Positions 49,401 to 62,870 of a DNA stretch of 64,000 nt are shown here, one piece after another. The stretch spans positions 124,001-188,000 of the forward strand of contig RSEE01000023.1 in assembly GCA_003971905.1 (NCBI GenBank), written 5' to 3'. This DNA is from Moniliella sp. 'wahieum'. Taxonomy: Eukaryota. Numbering within the stretch: position 1 is the stretch's first letter; each line of letters starts with the position of its first letter. A model generated the notes under the pieces. The model was not told the origin of the DNA. It ran no database searches and worked only from the letters and a program-made list of their open reading frames with translations. Made by a program: the position numbers and the translations under genes.

Positions 49401-49852
49401 CACCTGGTCATGCGGACGCGCTGCATTGGTTTCTTCCTTACCCACTACACCTCGTCGCTCGGGACTTTGCCTCCTACCCGCGCATTGCCAATCGGCATAT
49501 GCAGGTCCTCGTAGACCCGGCACGGGACGACGTGACGTTTACCTACGAACTCGTCCCAGGCGTGGCGAATCTTCCTACGGAACCCAAGTCGCTGCCTTGG
49601 CGGGCTTGCCACGGGAGGTGACCGACCGCGCTGCCGTGGTGGCCTCTGAGTTTGAAGCTGCGTCAACGCGAACAGAGCGCGCGGACTGTCTCTCGCTTTG
49701 CCATGGGCGCCCTCTGACTTTGCCTACCTGGTTGGACTGGGGCAGGGCACAGCCCAAGTGGGCCCCGAGGAAGAAGGTGAAGGATCAACTTTTCTGACGA
49801 GCTGCTGTTGTCTCAATTGGACGTGTTAAGTGAGACGGTCACGGCTCAGTAA
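46444..49852 (+). CDS. MSH6: DNA mismatch repair protein MSH6
   Basis: PIP-like [95 protein letters not shown]. Confidence 0.93.
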
Positions 49853-50340
49853 CCGTTTGCTACCCTTCTGATCTCGTTCTTCATCCTTCCGGTTCTTCCA
49901 TTCTTTCTTTCCACACTTCCCGTTTTAACCCTCTCCATCCTCAACCATTATCCCTGTTCCTTCTTTTCGCCCCCTGCCTCTCTTTGCCTGCCGAAAGTCA
50001 ACAGCCCGGCAAGTGCATACAATTGCTTATGCTCCCGTAAAATGTATGGCCCGTAGCATTTCAAACACTTTTCGAAGTATGATTGATCAAATACAGCAAA
50101 GGCTGCACGAAACCAAGAAAGGGTGGGGAAAAAAGATGAGTAGATTGACAGTAACATAGGTAACCGCATAACTTGAATGCACACGCAGAGACCTGAGATG
50201 ATGGATTGATGGGGGAACAGAACCTGGGGAACGCGACAGGCGTGAGGTTGGTTAAATTGGTTAAAGCGAGTCATCAACAGCCATCCTTCAGAAGAGTAGA
50301 AAAGGGGAAGAGCAAGAAGCGCGAACCACAAAATGAATCT

Positions 50341-53300
50341 TCAAGGCCCACCGCAGCGAATTTAGCCAGGACATCAATAATGTTGGCTGGAAGGTCCACG
50401 TGCCAATGGGCAATCGTTTTCTTTGTGGCGGGGCCGACAGTGACCGTGTAGAGGCTGAACGGGTGTCCCGACTCGAGGAGGGCATCGGGCTAACGGTACC
50501 ACCAGGTGCGATGAGGCAGGTGCGCGAGAGTAATTTCGTGCCATCGCCGTCTCCCACGGGTGCGGGACCAAGTCGTCATCTGACGCACCAAAGTCCTCAT
50601 CCCACACAGCGGCATCGTCCTTTTGAATCTTGTTCTCAATCGCCTCTTCGCGTGGGCCAGATCGGGGGAAGTGGTGCCGTCGATCCACTCCGGATTCAAA
50701 CGGCCTCGTTCGCGTTTTCGGGTGCGCCAGCGGCTCTGCCAGACCCTCCAGCGTGGGCGAAGCAGGACTGCGGGGCCGACGGAGGAGACCGCATTTTGCC
50801 AGCTTTCCCCAGCCCGGTTGACTGCCGTCAGCGCACGGAACATGTCCTCATCCGTCTTGTCGTCCCCAGCGCATAGGACAAACTGAGCAGAGGGATGAGC
50901 AGCAAGGATGCGCTTGACAATCTCGCCCTTGTTCACCGCGAGCGGGCGAACCTCAAGGTTTTTCTTGCCGACCATGACCTCAATTGGCAAACTGTTGAAA
51001 CTCAACATGTTCTCGAGGTGTGCTTGGCATTCCTTGGCTTGGAACGAGCCAAAGTCGGGGTCGAGCCGCGGTAGTGCCACGTAATAGAGCTCTTCTTCTC
51101 CTCAATAGCGGAGCCCGCAGTGCGCTGAAAAAGGATGTTAGTATCAAGTCAAATGCGAACCAAAAAAGGAGAAGCAAAGGAAAACATACCTCAGTGTAGT
51201 ACTCAAAGATGGCTCGGATGTCTTTTTTCCAGGTCATGTCAAGGTCCTTGGTAATGTTGATCCATGGCTGGCCCGCGCCGGGCTCCTTGATGAAGGAGCC
51301 ATGCTCGGCCGAGAACCCAATGTTGTCCAGATGCCCCAAGTGTTGGCTGAGGAACTTTTGGTCGCGACCCGAGATGATAAAGATCACATTCCGTGGGTCG
51401 GCACTGAGCTGGGCCAGCGTTTTAATCAGTCGGTCGGAGGGCAAGGCCATTTCAGGCACGCGCACAATTGGCGTCAACGTCCCATCGTAGTCCAACATAA
51501 TCAACCGTTGACCCAATCCCTGGGTTGGATCCCACCGCCGCCACCCAATCCGACTGGATGGCCTTCAGGTCCAGCTCGGGGGTGAGGTGAGACGTCTCTT
51601 TTCATGCAGCAGGTGAACCATCTGACGAATCAAAGTAGCTGCCCAAGTATGCGAGGTGTGCAGGGTGACTTGGTCGTAGGCGTGACGGTGGCGCAGCCTT
51701 CTCTTCCGAGCCGATGGTGAGACCTTCATTGATCGCCTTGGCCACCCCCACGTGTTCCAGGGGTTGACTTGGATCGCAGTGCGCAGCCGACTGGCAGTGC
51801 CGGTAAACTCGGAAAGGACGAGGGGGGACTTTTTGCCGTACTGCTCTTGGCAAATGACATATTCCATCGACGTTGCGTTCATCCCGTCCCGCACCGACGT
51901 GACCAAGGCCAAGTCGGCCACACTCAACAGAGCAAAGTACTCGTCTCGGTCAATGATCTGGTGGTAGTGGTGAACCGGGGCAAACGACAAGGAACCAAAC
52001 TCCGAGTTAATCTGGGACACGAGTTCGCTCACCTCCCGCTCGAGCGCGGGCGAGTCGTGCACCGCGGGCGCAGTGACTTGGATCAAGACCACTTTGCCTC
52101 TCCACTCGGGATACTCGTCCAGCAGCTTCTTGAACGCTTGCATCTTTTGCGCCACCCCACGTACCACATCCAACTTGTCCCGACCAACAATGATCTTTTT
52201 GTCCTTGTACATCCGCTTGAACGCCTCGATCTTTGGCCCCACACCAGGCGACATGGCTTCACTCGCGATGCGCGCCGCGTCAATCCCTACCGGGTTGTAG
52301 CTGATTGAAGTGACTTGACCATTCGTCGACTCAACAGTGTTGAAAGAGGCATCGAACCCACACACGCGAATGCACGAAGACAAGAAGTGGCGCGAGTAGG
52401 AGAAGGCTTGGAAGCAGGCCAAGTCGGCGCCAAGCATTCCCTCAAGAATCTCAGTCCGCTTGGGCAGGCAACGGAACACTTCACTCGACGGGAAGGGTGC
52501 GTGCATAAAGAACGTAATGTGAGCGTCGGGAACAGCGTGCGCAGCATCTTGGGCACCAAGAGAAGGTGATAATCGTGCACAATGACCATGTCTCCGGCTG
52601 GTACTCTTGCGCTACACGCTGGGCAAACGCCTCATTCGCCTTGTAGTACGCGTCCCACGTTGAATTGTCCCAAGTCGAGTCATTGACCGGGTTGACATCC
52701 TCCCACAAAAGGTAGTGCAGGAGAGGCCAAGAACCGTTTTGCAGTACCCCTCATAGAAACCGTGGGCCACCTTGGAGTCCATCCAGACCGGAACGTACTT
52801 GATCCCATGGGCCTCGTCCCCACCAAGCTGGACTTGTTCCTCAAACTCTTCCCTCCGCTCCTCTTTGGCCGCTGATGTGGCAGTGGGGAAGAGCTTGTGC
52901 AAACGAGAGGGGGTAACGGACTCAGGCACCGTCTTGGACTTCAATAACGGGAGGACTGCTTCGGCCTGGGATTTTGGTGCAGCGGACTCGGGGCCGTCCG
53001 TGCTCTCAGCATTGAAAGAGTCAATGCCCGGGCTTTCCAGATCGCTCAGCGCCTTTTCGATCTGTTCCTTCTCCTCGTCGGTTAACTGGGCAGTCTCCGT
53101 ACGCACGTCACCCAGCGCCTTGGACGCAAAGACAATGTCGCCGGGCCAACCAATAAAAGTCTGCTTGTGGGTCATGCATAGACTGCGTACACCACTGTTA
53201 ATGGCCGTGTGGCCACGGCGAGGAGTGAACACCCACTTCTCCGAGGTGAACGTGCTGTCCCGTGGCTCGGACGAATACGTCGCTTCAAAGTCTTCTCCCG

Positions 53301-54519
53301 GAGCGGCAGAAGAAGGCTCCGTGGAGGATAAAGGGCCGGTAGAAGAGGGTTCGTCGTGGCTCTTCACTTCATTGCGCAAGCCGGTCGGCGGAGCCAGAGG
53401 ACCCTGAGCATCGTTCAAGGCACCGTTCGGTGAGTGCGGGCTGGCATAATCAGAGCTTATCGGCGGCGTATCCATCGGGGTGAACCGGTCCTTGAGATCA
53501 TCCGTCTGCAGGTGCGCATCGTTGGGATCAGCCGCATCGTGATCCACCCAGGCCCGCCGGCCCGCACGGGCCTTGGCTCGCTGTTGGTTTTCCTCAAACA
53601 AGGCGTACATGTCTTGCCCTTCGAGACCATGAAGCGCCATGTGAGAGGCCTGGTTGTCGGCGTCACCTTTCTGGGCAGGTAGGCCGTGTCCCGCTGCAGA
53701 CATCTTCATGTGCATATCCGTCAGGATCGCTTCACGGCGAGCATCCGCCGCCCGCGCTACATTCCGGGATCGGGATGCTGCAGCAATGGCAGCCATGTTC
53801 TGCCGGGCCTCTTCCTGCTCTTGCTGAAGACGTTCATATTCCACCTCGGCAGCCGCATGAACCACAAAGGGGATGGAGTGGCTCACGTGAATGATACGGC
53901 CGGAGAGCGGGGTGTGGCCCATCTGGTTCGAATAGGCCTGCTCCAACTCGGCAAGGGAGGAGCGGATTTGGCTGATAGTTTCGAACTGAGGCCACTCGTC
54001 CTTTGGGTTGAGGTGAACATCGGCAGCAGCCGCAATGTTTTCAATGCTGCTCTTGTGCGGGTGGTGGCTGCCGACGCTCGTTCGGTGGGTACTTCCGGCG
54101 GACTGTGGCAGAGCATGAGATCCAGAGGGAGAAGAAGGAAAGCTTGATGGAGTAAGCGATCCATGTTGAGGTACATTAACCTCACTTATCGTAGGCGAGG
54201 GAGGCGGGGCGAGCGTCTCCAACCCTGACAGCGAGGCAATCGTGGGGGGTAAGAGTGAGCTCTGGGGCACAGGCTGTGACTCATGACTGCGGGGTTGGCG
54301 GCGCGAGTGGAAATGCCGGCCGCCCTTGTGGTTCGGACGTCCGTCCCCGGTTATGGTGGATAGAGGGACGGGGGAGGGGGAGATCGTCGATGCTTGTTTG
54401 GCGGTGTGGGCGATGTTTCCAACGGGAGCCGGCGGTAAGAGCTGGGGCTCATCGGCGTCCACGCCTGGCGAAGGGGATGAGGTGCCGCTGTGTTTGTTCT
54501 GCCCACTCGGTGTAGACAT
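50341..54519 (-). CDS. TPS2: Trehalose-6-phosphate phosphatase/synthase subunit TPS2
   Basis: GT20 domain (YEGYCKT, VHDYHLLLVP, HAPFPSSEVFRCLP, GRDKLD, RDGMN..SMEY, LSEFTG) plus HAD phosphatase motifs (LDYDGTL, ISGRD, SAEHG, GKKNLEVRP, CAGDDKTDEDMF). Intron at ~51127-51189. The 3' end is approximate. Confidence 0.92.
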
Positions 54520-55767
54520 GTCGTGAGGGGGTGTGTAGTTGGGATATAAGGGGTAGGGTAGCGGCGATGGAGGTGGTGGGGGAGGTGGTGCAGGTGGGAG
54601 GTGGTCGGGGGGGTTGAAGAAGGGACCGAATGGGTGGAGTTGGCCAGCTCATTTGGCGTTTCAGTTCAGGCAGCATCTGAAATTATAACAATACACGTCC
54701 GCCGGCACTGCGCGAGTGCAAGTGCACGGCCGCTGATGCCGCTGCCCCCGTGCGGGTCCTCAGCACTCAGCTCAGGCTGGGGGCATTTCTACCCCCGTGC
54801 TGTGACTTGTCCTTTCCGCATTGCGCCGCTGTCACACACCGTGTCCTTCATGCCTATCACCTCTCCCGCCAGTGCACTAGACAGCAGTCCGCGCCGTGCG
54901 CATTATAACCATCCCCTTCCCCAGCTCACGCCACCCTTCCATAGCCACAGGCTGAGGCTCTTCCCCATTTGTCACATATATGCACGCTTCCTTCACCCTC
55001 TGGCGCTCAGGCGTTCAGGCGCTCGTGCCTTTTGGAGGGTGGCGGCATGTGACACCACTTGGTGTGATGGCTTGATCGAGCTGGCAACCTGAGCGCTCAG
55101 GCTGGGCTGGGTAGTACAGAGTTCCGCGTCTCGCGCGCTCCGGATTAGTTACCGTCGGGCCTCGTTCCCCCTCCTTTGTTGCATTCAAGGTCGGACTAGC
55201 GTCAGGCCCTGCTGTTTCCGCCCCGCACACCAGGTGAGCTTCCTCTGTTCTCTCTTTTTCTGTTCTCTTCGTGTTTTTCTGGCGTTTGTCCTTTTTGCCA
55301 TCGGTTACAACAGACGGTTCGGTTTAGACATAGCGCTTCCCCTGTCACAGCCTTAAGCTCTGTCAATGAAATAGACGCAACAGAGGGTCGGAGGACCTTC
55401 AAGCCACGGTACAAGAATTTATCTCTGACTGATTCCTATCTTCCCTTGATGCACAGTGCAATCGTCCTTAGCTTGGTAGCGTAGCTATACTTCAATCTCA
55501 GCATGGACGTGCTGAGGGGGGACCCTCAGACCTCAGCCTCTCAGCGCCTCAGCCCCGGCCCAAGGGGCATGCACTTCTATACTCACGCGCGATATATATT
55601 CACGACACATAAATCCAGTTCAGAGCTTGACAAACTCAAGTCGACAACATGATGGCTGAGGCCCTGAGGGCAGTATCAGCCCAATCCGCCGAGGGGGCAC
55701 ACAACAGGCAGTGGAAGCCTGCCGGGATCAGAGTTTTGTGTTGCGATGTGCCAACCAGGACCATACG

Positions 55768-57392
55768 TCATTCCAAAGCGGGGTATATATGACTTCTAAT
55801 ACTTCTGATTGGTCGCTGTGACTGCAGAGAAATCAACCACGCCTGTAACGGTGTGGCCTCCCGGGCGATAACAACCCTGATCATATGAGGGATTGTGAAA
55901 AGGATCCAGCCCTCAGGCTCGTCGGACAAGGGAGGGGACCAGATGTATATTAGACCCGAAGCGCGAGCTTCGTACCAATTAAAGAGTCGTCGTCCCTCTG
56001 CCTTGCTAGCTGTAGCCTTCCTAAGCTGCGTCCTATAGAGGGGCCGGTGTTGAGGGAGAGGACGTACTAGGACAAGACGATTGATCGCTTGCTTCCAATG
56101 CATGCTTAGTGCAGAGCGGGTCTTATACAGGCAAAGAAAAGCGGCGAAACTGTAGTCTGTTTTTCGCGAGACCAGATGGTTCAAAGTAGATCGGGCGCGA
56201 TCGCACGCGCACGGTTCATCCGGCTCTCGTAGAAGCCGAGAGCGTGCGATAAGGAGCAGCGGCGTCAACGAAAACATAGGCTTGTGACGTCGACGGTCTT
56301 TCCCCGTGAAAAGATGGCAGAGCTATACTGCACAAAACAAGATATGCACGAGAGAAAGTGCTCTCGGATGATTTCCTATTAGCACCGCGGTGCGTCGGCG
56401 AGGGCACCCACCCCCTATTTCACTTCTGCTTAGCTCCGTCAACACACGTTTTCATAGCCGGTATAATATGGAGAGTCTGCAGTATGTATACGGAGGACAG
56501 GCGCCCGATGAGGTCCTGGCCTGCAGTTGTGGTTCCCATGGTTTCCTAAACGGGTTTGGCGCCCACAAGCGACGCACGCCCCGTATGAACAGGACTTGTT
56601 TAGGCGTAGCCTTTCTCTGTCGCAGCATCTACTTAAACTTTGTAAATGATATAAGTGCACGGAGGGGGAAATTCCAACCAAGAAGCCTCGGTCAGCATTC
56701 TCAACCTCTTTTGCTGTTTGAACGGTTCGGTTTAGGCGTATAGCATTTCCAAGTCCCAGCCTTAGGGTCTGTCAATGCTATGGATGCGAATAGAGAGTGG
56801 CTCATCAGTGATAGTCGGCCTGAGCCAGCGGCCGAGCAACAAGGTGACTTCACAACATTGGATCCCTCAGGGCTCTTCACAGAAGCCAGCAGGGGCCTAC
56901 GTCCCATTCTCATAGTAGTAGGTAGAGGTCCTTGCGAAGAAAGCAAGTTCCATGCTAGTAGGCCGATTCGGCTTCTTCAGTGGTAAGGCTTAAGGGCTTA
57001 GTTATTGGCGTGATGGTATAAGTAAAGAGAGCCACAGTTGCGACCATGAGCGATCTGAAGTCCACAGTAAGTTACATAGATGGTGAAGGAAGAGTTGCTT
57101 AGTCACAGGTGTGAACGATATGATGACCCCAAAAAGTAAGTACCCAAGGAGCGTAACAGAGGCATAGGGAAGCATGTCTAAGAGTATCGAAGGATAGCTG
57201 CGTGCATAATAGGGTCGTTTTGCCACCACAATGCCACCACAATTTAATGATCCACTGGTCCATAATCCCGCCCATGGTGTACAGATAGTAGGCTACCGCA
57301 TTAGTGGGGCAATGTCTTAACCGCCGCGGCCGTGTGGGGCTCGAAACTACTGAGGGCGCAGCCGCAATAACGCCTTCGACTTCAATCGGCAT
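55768..57392 (-). other. Possible orphan or degenerate gene of unknown function
   Basis: Lower-GC block with successive minus-strand ORF pieces (57099-57392, 57002-57229, 56701-56946, 55768-56277). Part of it has a diverged copy at 55314-55385. Confidence 0.3.
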
Positions 57393-60220
57393 TAGGAGGC
57401 GGGGGTATCGGGATGATGTCGATGATGAGAATTCCTGAAGCCTGAGGGCTTCAGAGAGATGGAGAGGAAGAAAACAGGGGGCGGGGGGGGGGGGCGGGTA
57501 ACCGGTAACCGATGACTTGGACCATATAGCATGCGGGGAAGCGGTAGAGGAAGATATAGCTAGTGACCGGTGACGCGTTACGCGTTACGCATCATGTTAG
57601 CGCCTGTTACATGATAGCGCTTAGCGCTCAAGCGTGCTTGGTAGCGCCTAGGTGGTTACTATATCCGACGGTTACTGAGGTTTCCTCCAAATTTGCTATT
57701 TACTCTAGCCCCTAGGGCCACTAGCACCAACCGAACTAAGTGCTAAGTGCTGATCGCGCTGGTCAAGCATGCTTTCCCAACAGGGGGGTGGGGGGTACCG
57801 GGTACCGGTTACCCCGTGTTGCCAGTATGTCTGTCACATGCAGCGTCACACATGTCACACTCTCGGTATGCCCAACAACCCCGTCCGTTGGGGCTTTTTG
57901 GTCTTACAATAGGCCGAGGGAGTGGATACTAGAGAGCTCGCCCCACGGCGGTTGTTGCGCCCGCGTGGCAGGGCGTGGCAAGTGGAGGTGCTCATTAACA
58001 TTGTGGGGGCGATTCGCGTGGGAGCTGGTAACTCCGGTAACTGGTAACTGAATACTGTCTGACTGGGCCCGGTGGACGCTGCAATCCCTCTCCGCTTGCC
58101 TCATCGGTCACTCATCGATGACCATCGATTCTACCAGCAGTTGGCCAAGATGACACCGCTGCAATGGTGAGACATCTCGGCCCGCCGGCGGCCGCCGGCC
58201 CAGGGTCCAGCAAATCCCTCGCTGCGGCAGAGACCACTTTTGAAGGTAGGGTCACGGGTGATCAGTGACCATCACTGACGCGTGACGACGCTTAAAGGTT
58301 TTGAAGCTCTCCATTTCCCACATGTGCCCCTGATCGCCTGGGCGTCGGAGCTACGGTCTGCCATGGCACTGCGCCTTGCCCGGAGGAAGGCGGTTGGGGA
58401 AGCGTACGCATAGGAAAGCTGTAGCTTAACAGTCGGAAGCAGAAGCAAGTCCTGAAGGAGGCAAATGATTAGGCTGGCAGAGGAGGTAGACACGGTTTCC
58501 GAAGAAAACGAAGGAGGATTACCTGATTGCTAACAAGAGGACAGTCACAAAGCGCTACAATGCGAGACACAAGTCGGCCCGTGGGCAGAGTAAGAGATGG
58601 CGCTGACGCGTGACGAGCGACAGTGACTAGTGCCTAGTGACCAACTAGTGGCCTAGTGACACGCGCGCATTACCGAAGACACGCCACGGGGCCAGTGACT
58701 TTGGAATGACTAGTGACTGCCCCGGGGAGGCAGGGGCACATGCAGGGGGCATGCCGGGTGCCGTGGGGCCCCACTTCAGCACAGGCGCCGTGCTTCCTTT
58801 GCTGCTTGGCGCAGCGCGTGAGCAACTGGATCCTCGGAGTCTGTGATTGAGCCCTGATCGATGATCATCGATCATCTATCACGCAGCCATACGCCAGGCC
58901 CCAGCCCACTCAGTTACCCAATAACCAAATGCTGCGCAATGCGGCTCAGCGCCGGAGCAGTGTACCTGGCTGGGCATGGATGGAGAGTGCATCCCTGAAT
59001 CCTGGGGCAGGTGGTTCGAAGTTGGCTGAGCGCGGGCAGGGCTGAGCGGCTGAGCAGCGCTGACCAGTGACTAGTGCGGCCTAGGGCCGCGGATCGAGGC
59101 TAACTGGGTGACCGCGGTGGCTGGGAGCCAGCAACTGGTAACTGTTGCTGGCTGGGTACCTGGGTGCACAGGCTCAGCGGCCAGCACGAGAGTCGAGTAC
59201 GACCGCATACGAAGTATATTGGTACTGACCTGGTGCCGTACCTACTGAACGTTGGACGCTAGACGATGGACGTTGGACGAGCGCAGCCGACGTCTGCGCT
59301 GGGCGGCAGCAGGCGGCAGTTGAGCAGCAGCGGCGGCTAGTGGGGATGCGAAATGCGCGGCCCGCCAGCCAGCACACACACCATCATGCCATGTCGCATG
59401 TCGGCAGCAGCATCGCGTGCCAACAATACTGCCCCCGTGGCTCGGCTGGGCGGCGCAGGCACCGCTGGCACTGCTCGCGCTCCTGTCTCCACGATCCAAT
59501 CCCCCGGCTCTTCCCGCACTGTGCGCATCACACACCAGCCATCACGCATGGCATGTATCAGTGCAAGAGGCGCCAGGAGGAGCCCCAGGGAGCCCCACAC
59601 TTTCTCGCATCTGCGTGGCACTGCGCCGCAGTCTGCCGCACTGCCCGCCTGTGCGTCCCTCCTTTTTCCGTTCGATGTTCGCCGCCGCCCAGACACGCCC
59701 AGACATGGTGTTGCGATGCATGTGCCCCCCAGTGCTGCCACCCCCTGCTCCTCCCCGTGCCCGCACACGCTGCAAGCTCAGAGTGACACCCACCATCCAA
59801 GACCTCAACGTCTCAACGCCTCAACCACTCAGTCCTCCAGTCGCTCCACAGCCACCGAGCCCCCCCCCTCGGCCACCAGCTCACCGGCCACAACTCACGG
59901 GCATCACCGGTCACTCCACGCTGCTAGCCCTTGGCGCTTACTAGCCCCCCCCCCGTCACGCTAGTCGTCATACACGTCATAGCTGTGTAACCATGTAACC
60001 GGTGACCGGTGACCCAACCTGGCCACATTCCCCCGCCACACTCGGCCGGCTCCAGCCACAATCCCACCCGAACAACCCCCCCTCCCTCCCCGGGTATAAA
60101 ACCTGACAGTAGTCGTCCTGGTCACTCATCCTTCTCTTACCCTCTTGGCTACTCTTCCGTTCTCCCACCTCTTCCAGTACCCGCATTGTTCTCTTCCATC
60201 CACGCATCCATCACCAGCAC

Positions 60221-61920
60221 ATGACCTTCCAGCCTTTCCCCCGCTCTGGCCTTAAGAAGGCTCAGGCGCAGCCTACCAAGGTATCCACCGCCGACGTCCC
60301 CAGCGACGAAGACTCCAGCGGCGAGGTCAACCTTCCGAAGGGCGCAGTCGACGAGCAAGGCCGCCAGATCATTCACGTTGACTGGGAGCGACCATATGAC
60401 CCCGGCAACCCACAGAACTGGAACAACGGCAAGCGATGGTACCTTACTATTCTCGCCTCAATGTGGGCCTTCACTACCGCCCTTTGTGCGTCGGCGTACT
60501 CACCCCTCGCTGGCCCAATGAGCAAGAAGTACCATGTTGCCAAGGTCGTCATCCTCGTTGGCAATTGCACCCTCCAAAGTTCCAACAGTACTGCCGACAT
60601 GTTCATCACGCCACTCTCTGAGACGGTTGGTCGTGTGCCCTTGTACTGTGTATGTTACTTCCTGCTCTCTTTTTGCTTGTCAGAGACACTAATGCGTATC
60701 CCGCACAATAGGCTTCAGTCATCCTCTACGTGATCCTCTTTATCCCGCAAGCCTTGTCGTACAACGTGGAAGGCCTCCTCATTCCCCGGTTCTTCCAAGG
60801 TATTGCCTGTTCTGCCGGCAACTGCATGGTGGGTGGCTCTGTCGCCGACATGTGGGCCCAGCACGAGCGTGGCATTCCCATGAGTGTGTATCTCTGGTTC
60901 AACTTTATGGGGCAAGCTGTCGCGCCTGTCATCTCCAACGGCATTCTGTCTGCCAAGCCACACTGGGCCTGGAAGTGGACGTTCGGCTATCAAGCCATCC
61001 TCTCCGCCGTGTACGGTTTGATCATGTTCACGACAATCAAAGAAACTCGTGCCAGCGTATTGCTTCGCCGGCGGGTTAAGAAGCTCCAGGCCGAGGCAGA
61101 TGAGCAAGGTCTCGCGGTTCTATACGTTCCCCGCGGCGAGGAGTCGCGTTTGCCCCTCAAGCAAGCTATGCTGCAGTCGTGCACGCGTCCATTCCGCATG
61201 CTCATGTTTGAGCCCATCACGACCGCTTTCTCCATCTGGGCCGCGTTTGCCTGGGGCATGCTTTTCCTGACCTTCAGCTCGGTGGGTGTTGCCTATGGCG
61301 AGGCGTATGGTTGGAACGCTCTTCAGTCGTCCATCATTCTTCTCTCCATTGGCTTGGGTGCTTCCCTTGCTTGGTTGCTGCACTTGCACCAGGAGCATCT
61401 CTTCCAACGTGACCGAGCTCGCGCCAAGGATGGTCGTGTTAAGCCCGAATCGCGTCTGTACTACGGCTGTGTAGGCGGCGTGCTGTACCCGATTGGACTG
61501 TGGTGGTATGCCCGTACTTGCATCAAGACGGTCCACCCCGCCGTCAGCATTGTCGGTTTCGTCATTGCTCAGGGAGGCACGTACCTGATTTACGACTCGA
61601 CATGGGAGTACCTTTCGGACGCGTACGAAATCTACGCATCAAGTGCGCTCGCCGCCTGCTCTTTCCTTCGTAACATGTGGGCTGGTATGTTGAAGATTGC
61701 CACTTGTCCATCTTGCGTGTGTGGATCCGCTGCTAACCTTGACTTTATTCCAGGTGTTTTCCCATTATTTGGAGTGTACGCTTACGGCGGCATGAAGCCG
61801 CAGAACATGACCTCTATCCTTGCCGGTGTGGCAACACTATTGGGTGTTGTGCCCTTCGTGCTGTTCTTCAAGGGCGATGCAATCCGGGCCCGTTCGAAGA
61901 TGGCCACGTCTTGGGTATGA
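60221..61920 (+). CDS. MFS transporter, DHA1 (drug/polyamine:H+ antiporter) family
   Basis: VDWERPYDPGNPQNW, PLSETVGR.P, RFFQG, GGSVADMW...ERG, KETRASVLL, RPFRMLMFEPI, PESRL, YLSDAYEIYASSALAA. TATAAA at ~60095. Introns at ~60650-60711 and 61685-61753. Confidence 0.92.
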
Positions 61921-62870
61921 GGCGGAGGAGGAGGCGCACGAGAACGTGATGGCTGCGCACGGCACCCCTGGTTCGCATGACGAGAGAAGATGCCCGAATC
62001 TGCACAATAATCTTCAACGTCTCATGATATGTTCCACGTTGCTCCAACTTGGACCCCTTCTACTACACTTCCCGCTGTTATTATCTCTCGTTGTGTTGAT
62101 GCATTGATGCCACGTTACGATCTGTCAACGGTATGCTACGCGCAGTACACTACTCAATACTCGCCTTTCATGGGGCCTTGGCGTTCTAACGTTTCTCGCC
62201 TCCCACCTCACTGCGGGCGATATATCCCTCCCGTCCGATGACTTAGTATCTTTTCCTGTGGCTTTCCCCCATCCCACTCTGTGCTCTCCTCGTGCGTTTT
62301 GGCAGGCTGGCTTGGGCGGTTCGACCTGTCTTGTATTCTGCTCAAAATCAACATTGATGCTCCCACATTTTCAGTCCTTCTGATGCCACATGGTGCAGGG
62401 CATGCATGTAATAGGATAGCTAAGTATACTAGCCAAGCCACCCGCGCGCGCGCGTGCGGTCCCTTTTTCCCTCTCACTCTCCCGCATGTCCTCTCCTTTT
62501 TCTTCGCCGCCACCTCACCTTCCTTCCCTCTCTCTTTCGCTCGACTCGATATTAATCGTACTCGTTGTTCGATAGAGGCTGGGTGTCTCGACGATCGTGT
62601 CCTTCTGCGTCGCTCCACTTGTTACTGCTCCTCGTGGGGTTAGTGGGAGACGATCGGCCATGGTTGGCGTTGTACTGACCACACGGTAACATATTAGTTT
62701 CAAAGATGAAATTCATTTCAAATTGCAGTGGCGCACCTTGGCTTGCCTCCACTCTGCCCCACTTGGGCTTGCCCCAGGATAGTACCAAGAGTCAGCCAAG
62801 CACATCCAACTTCTTAACGTCCCAAGTCGAACCTCCAACCTGTTGCCAGCGCCTCCCTCAGAGTGTAGCG

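Noticed and set aside
46444..54519. Calling MSH6, TPS2 and other host genes pseudogenes
   Set aside because: Indels are spread evenly over all genes with motifs preserved, consistent with sequencing error.
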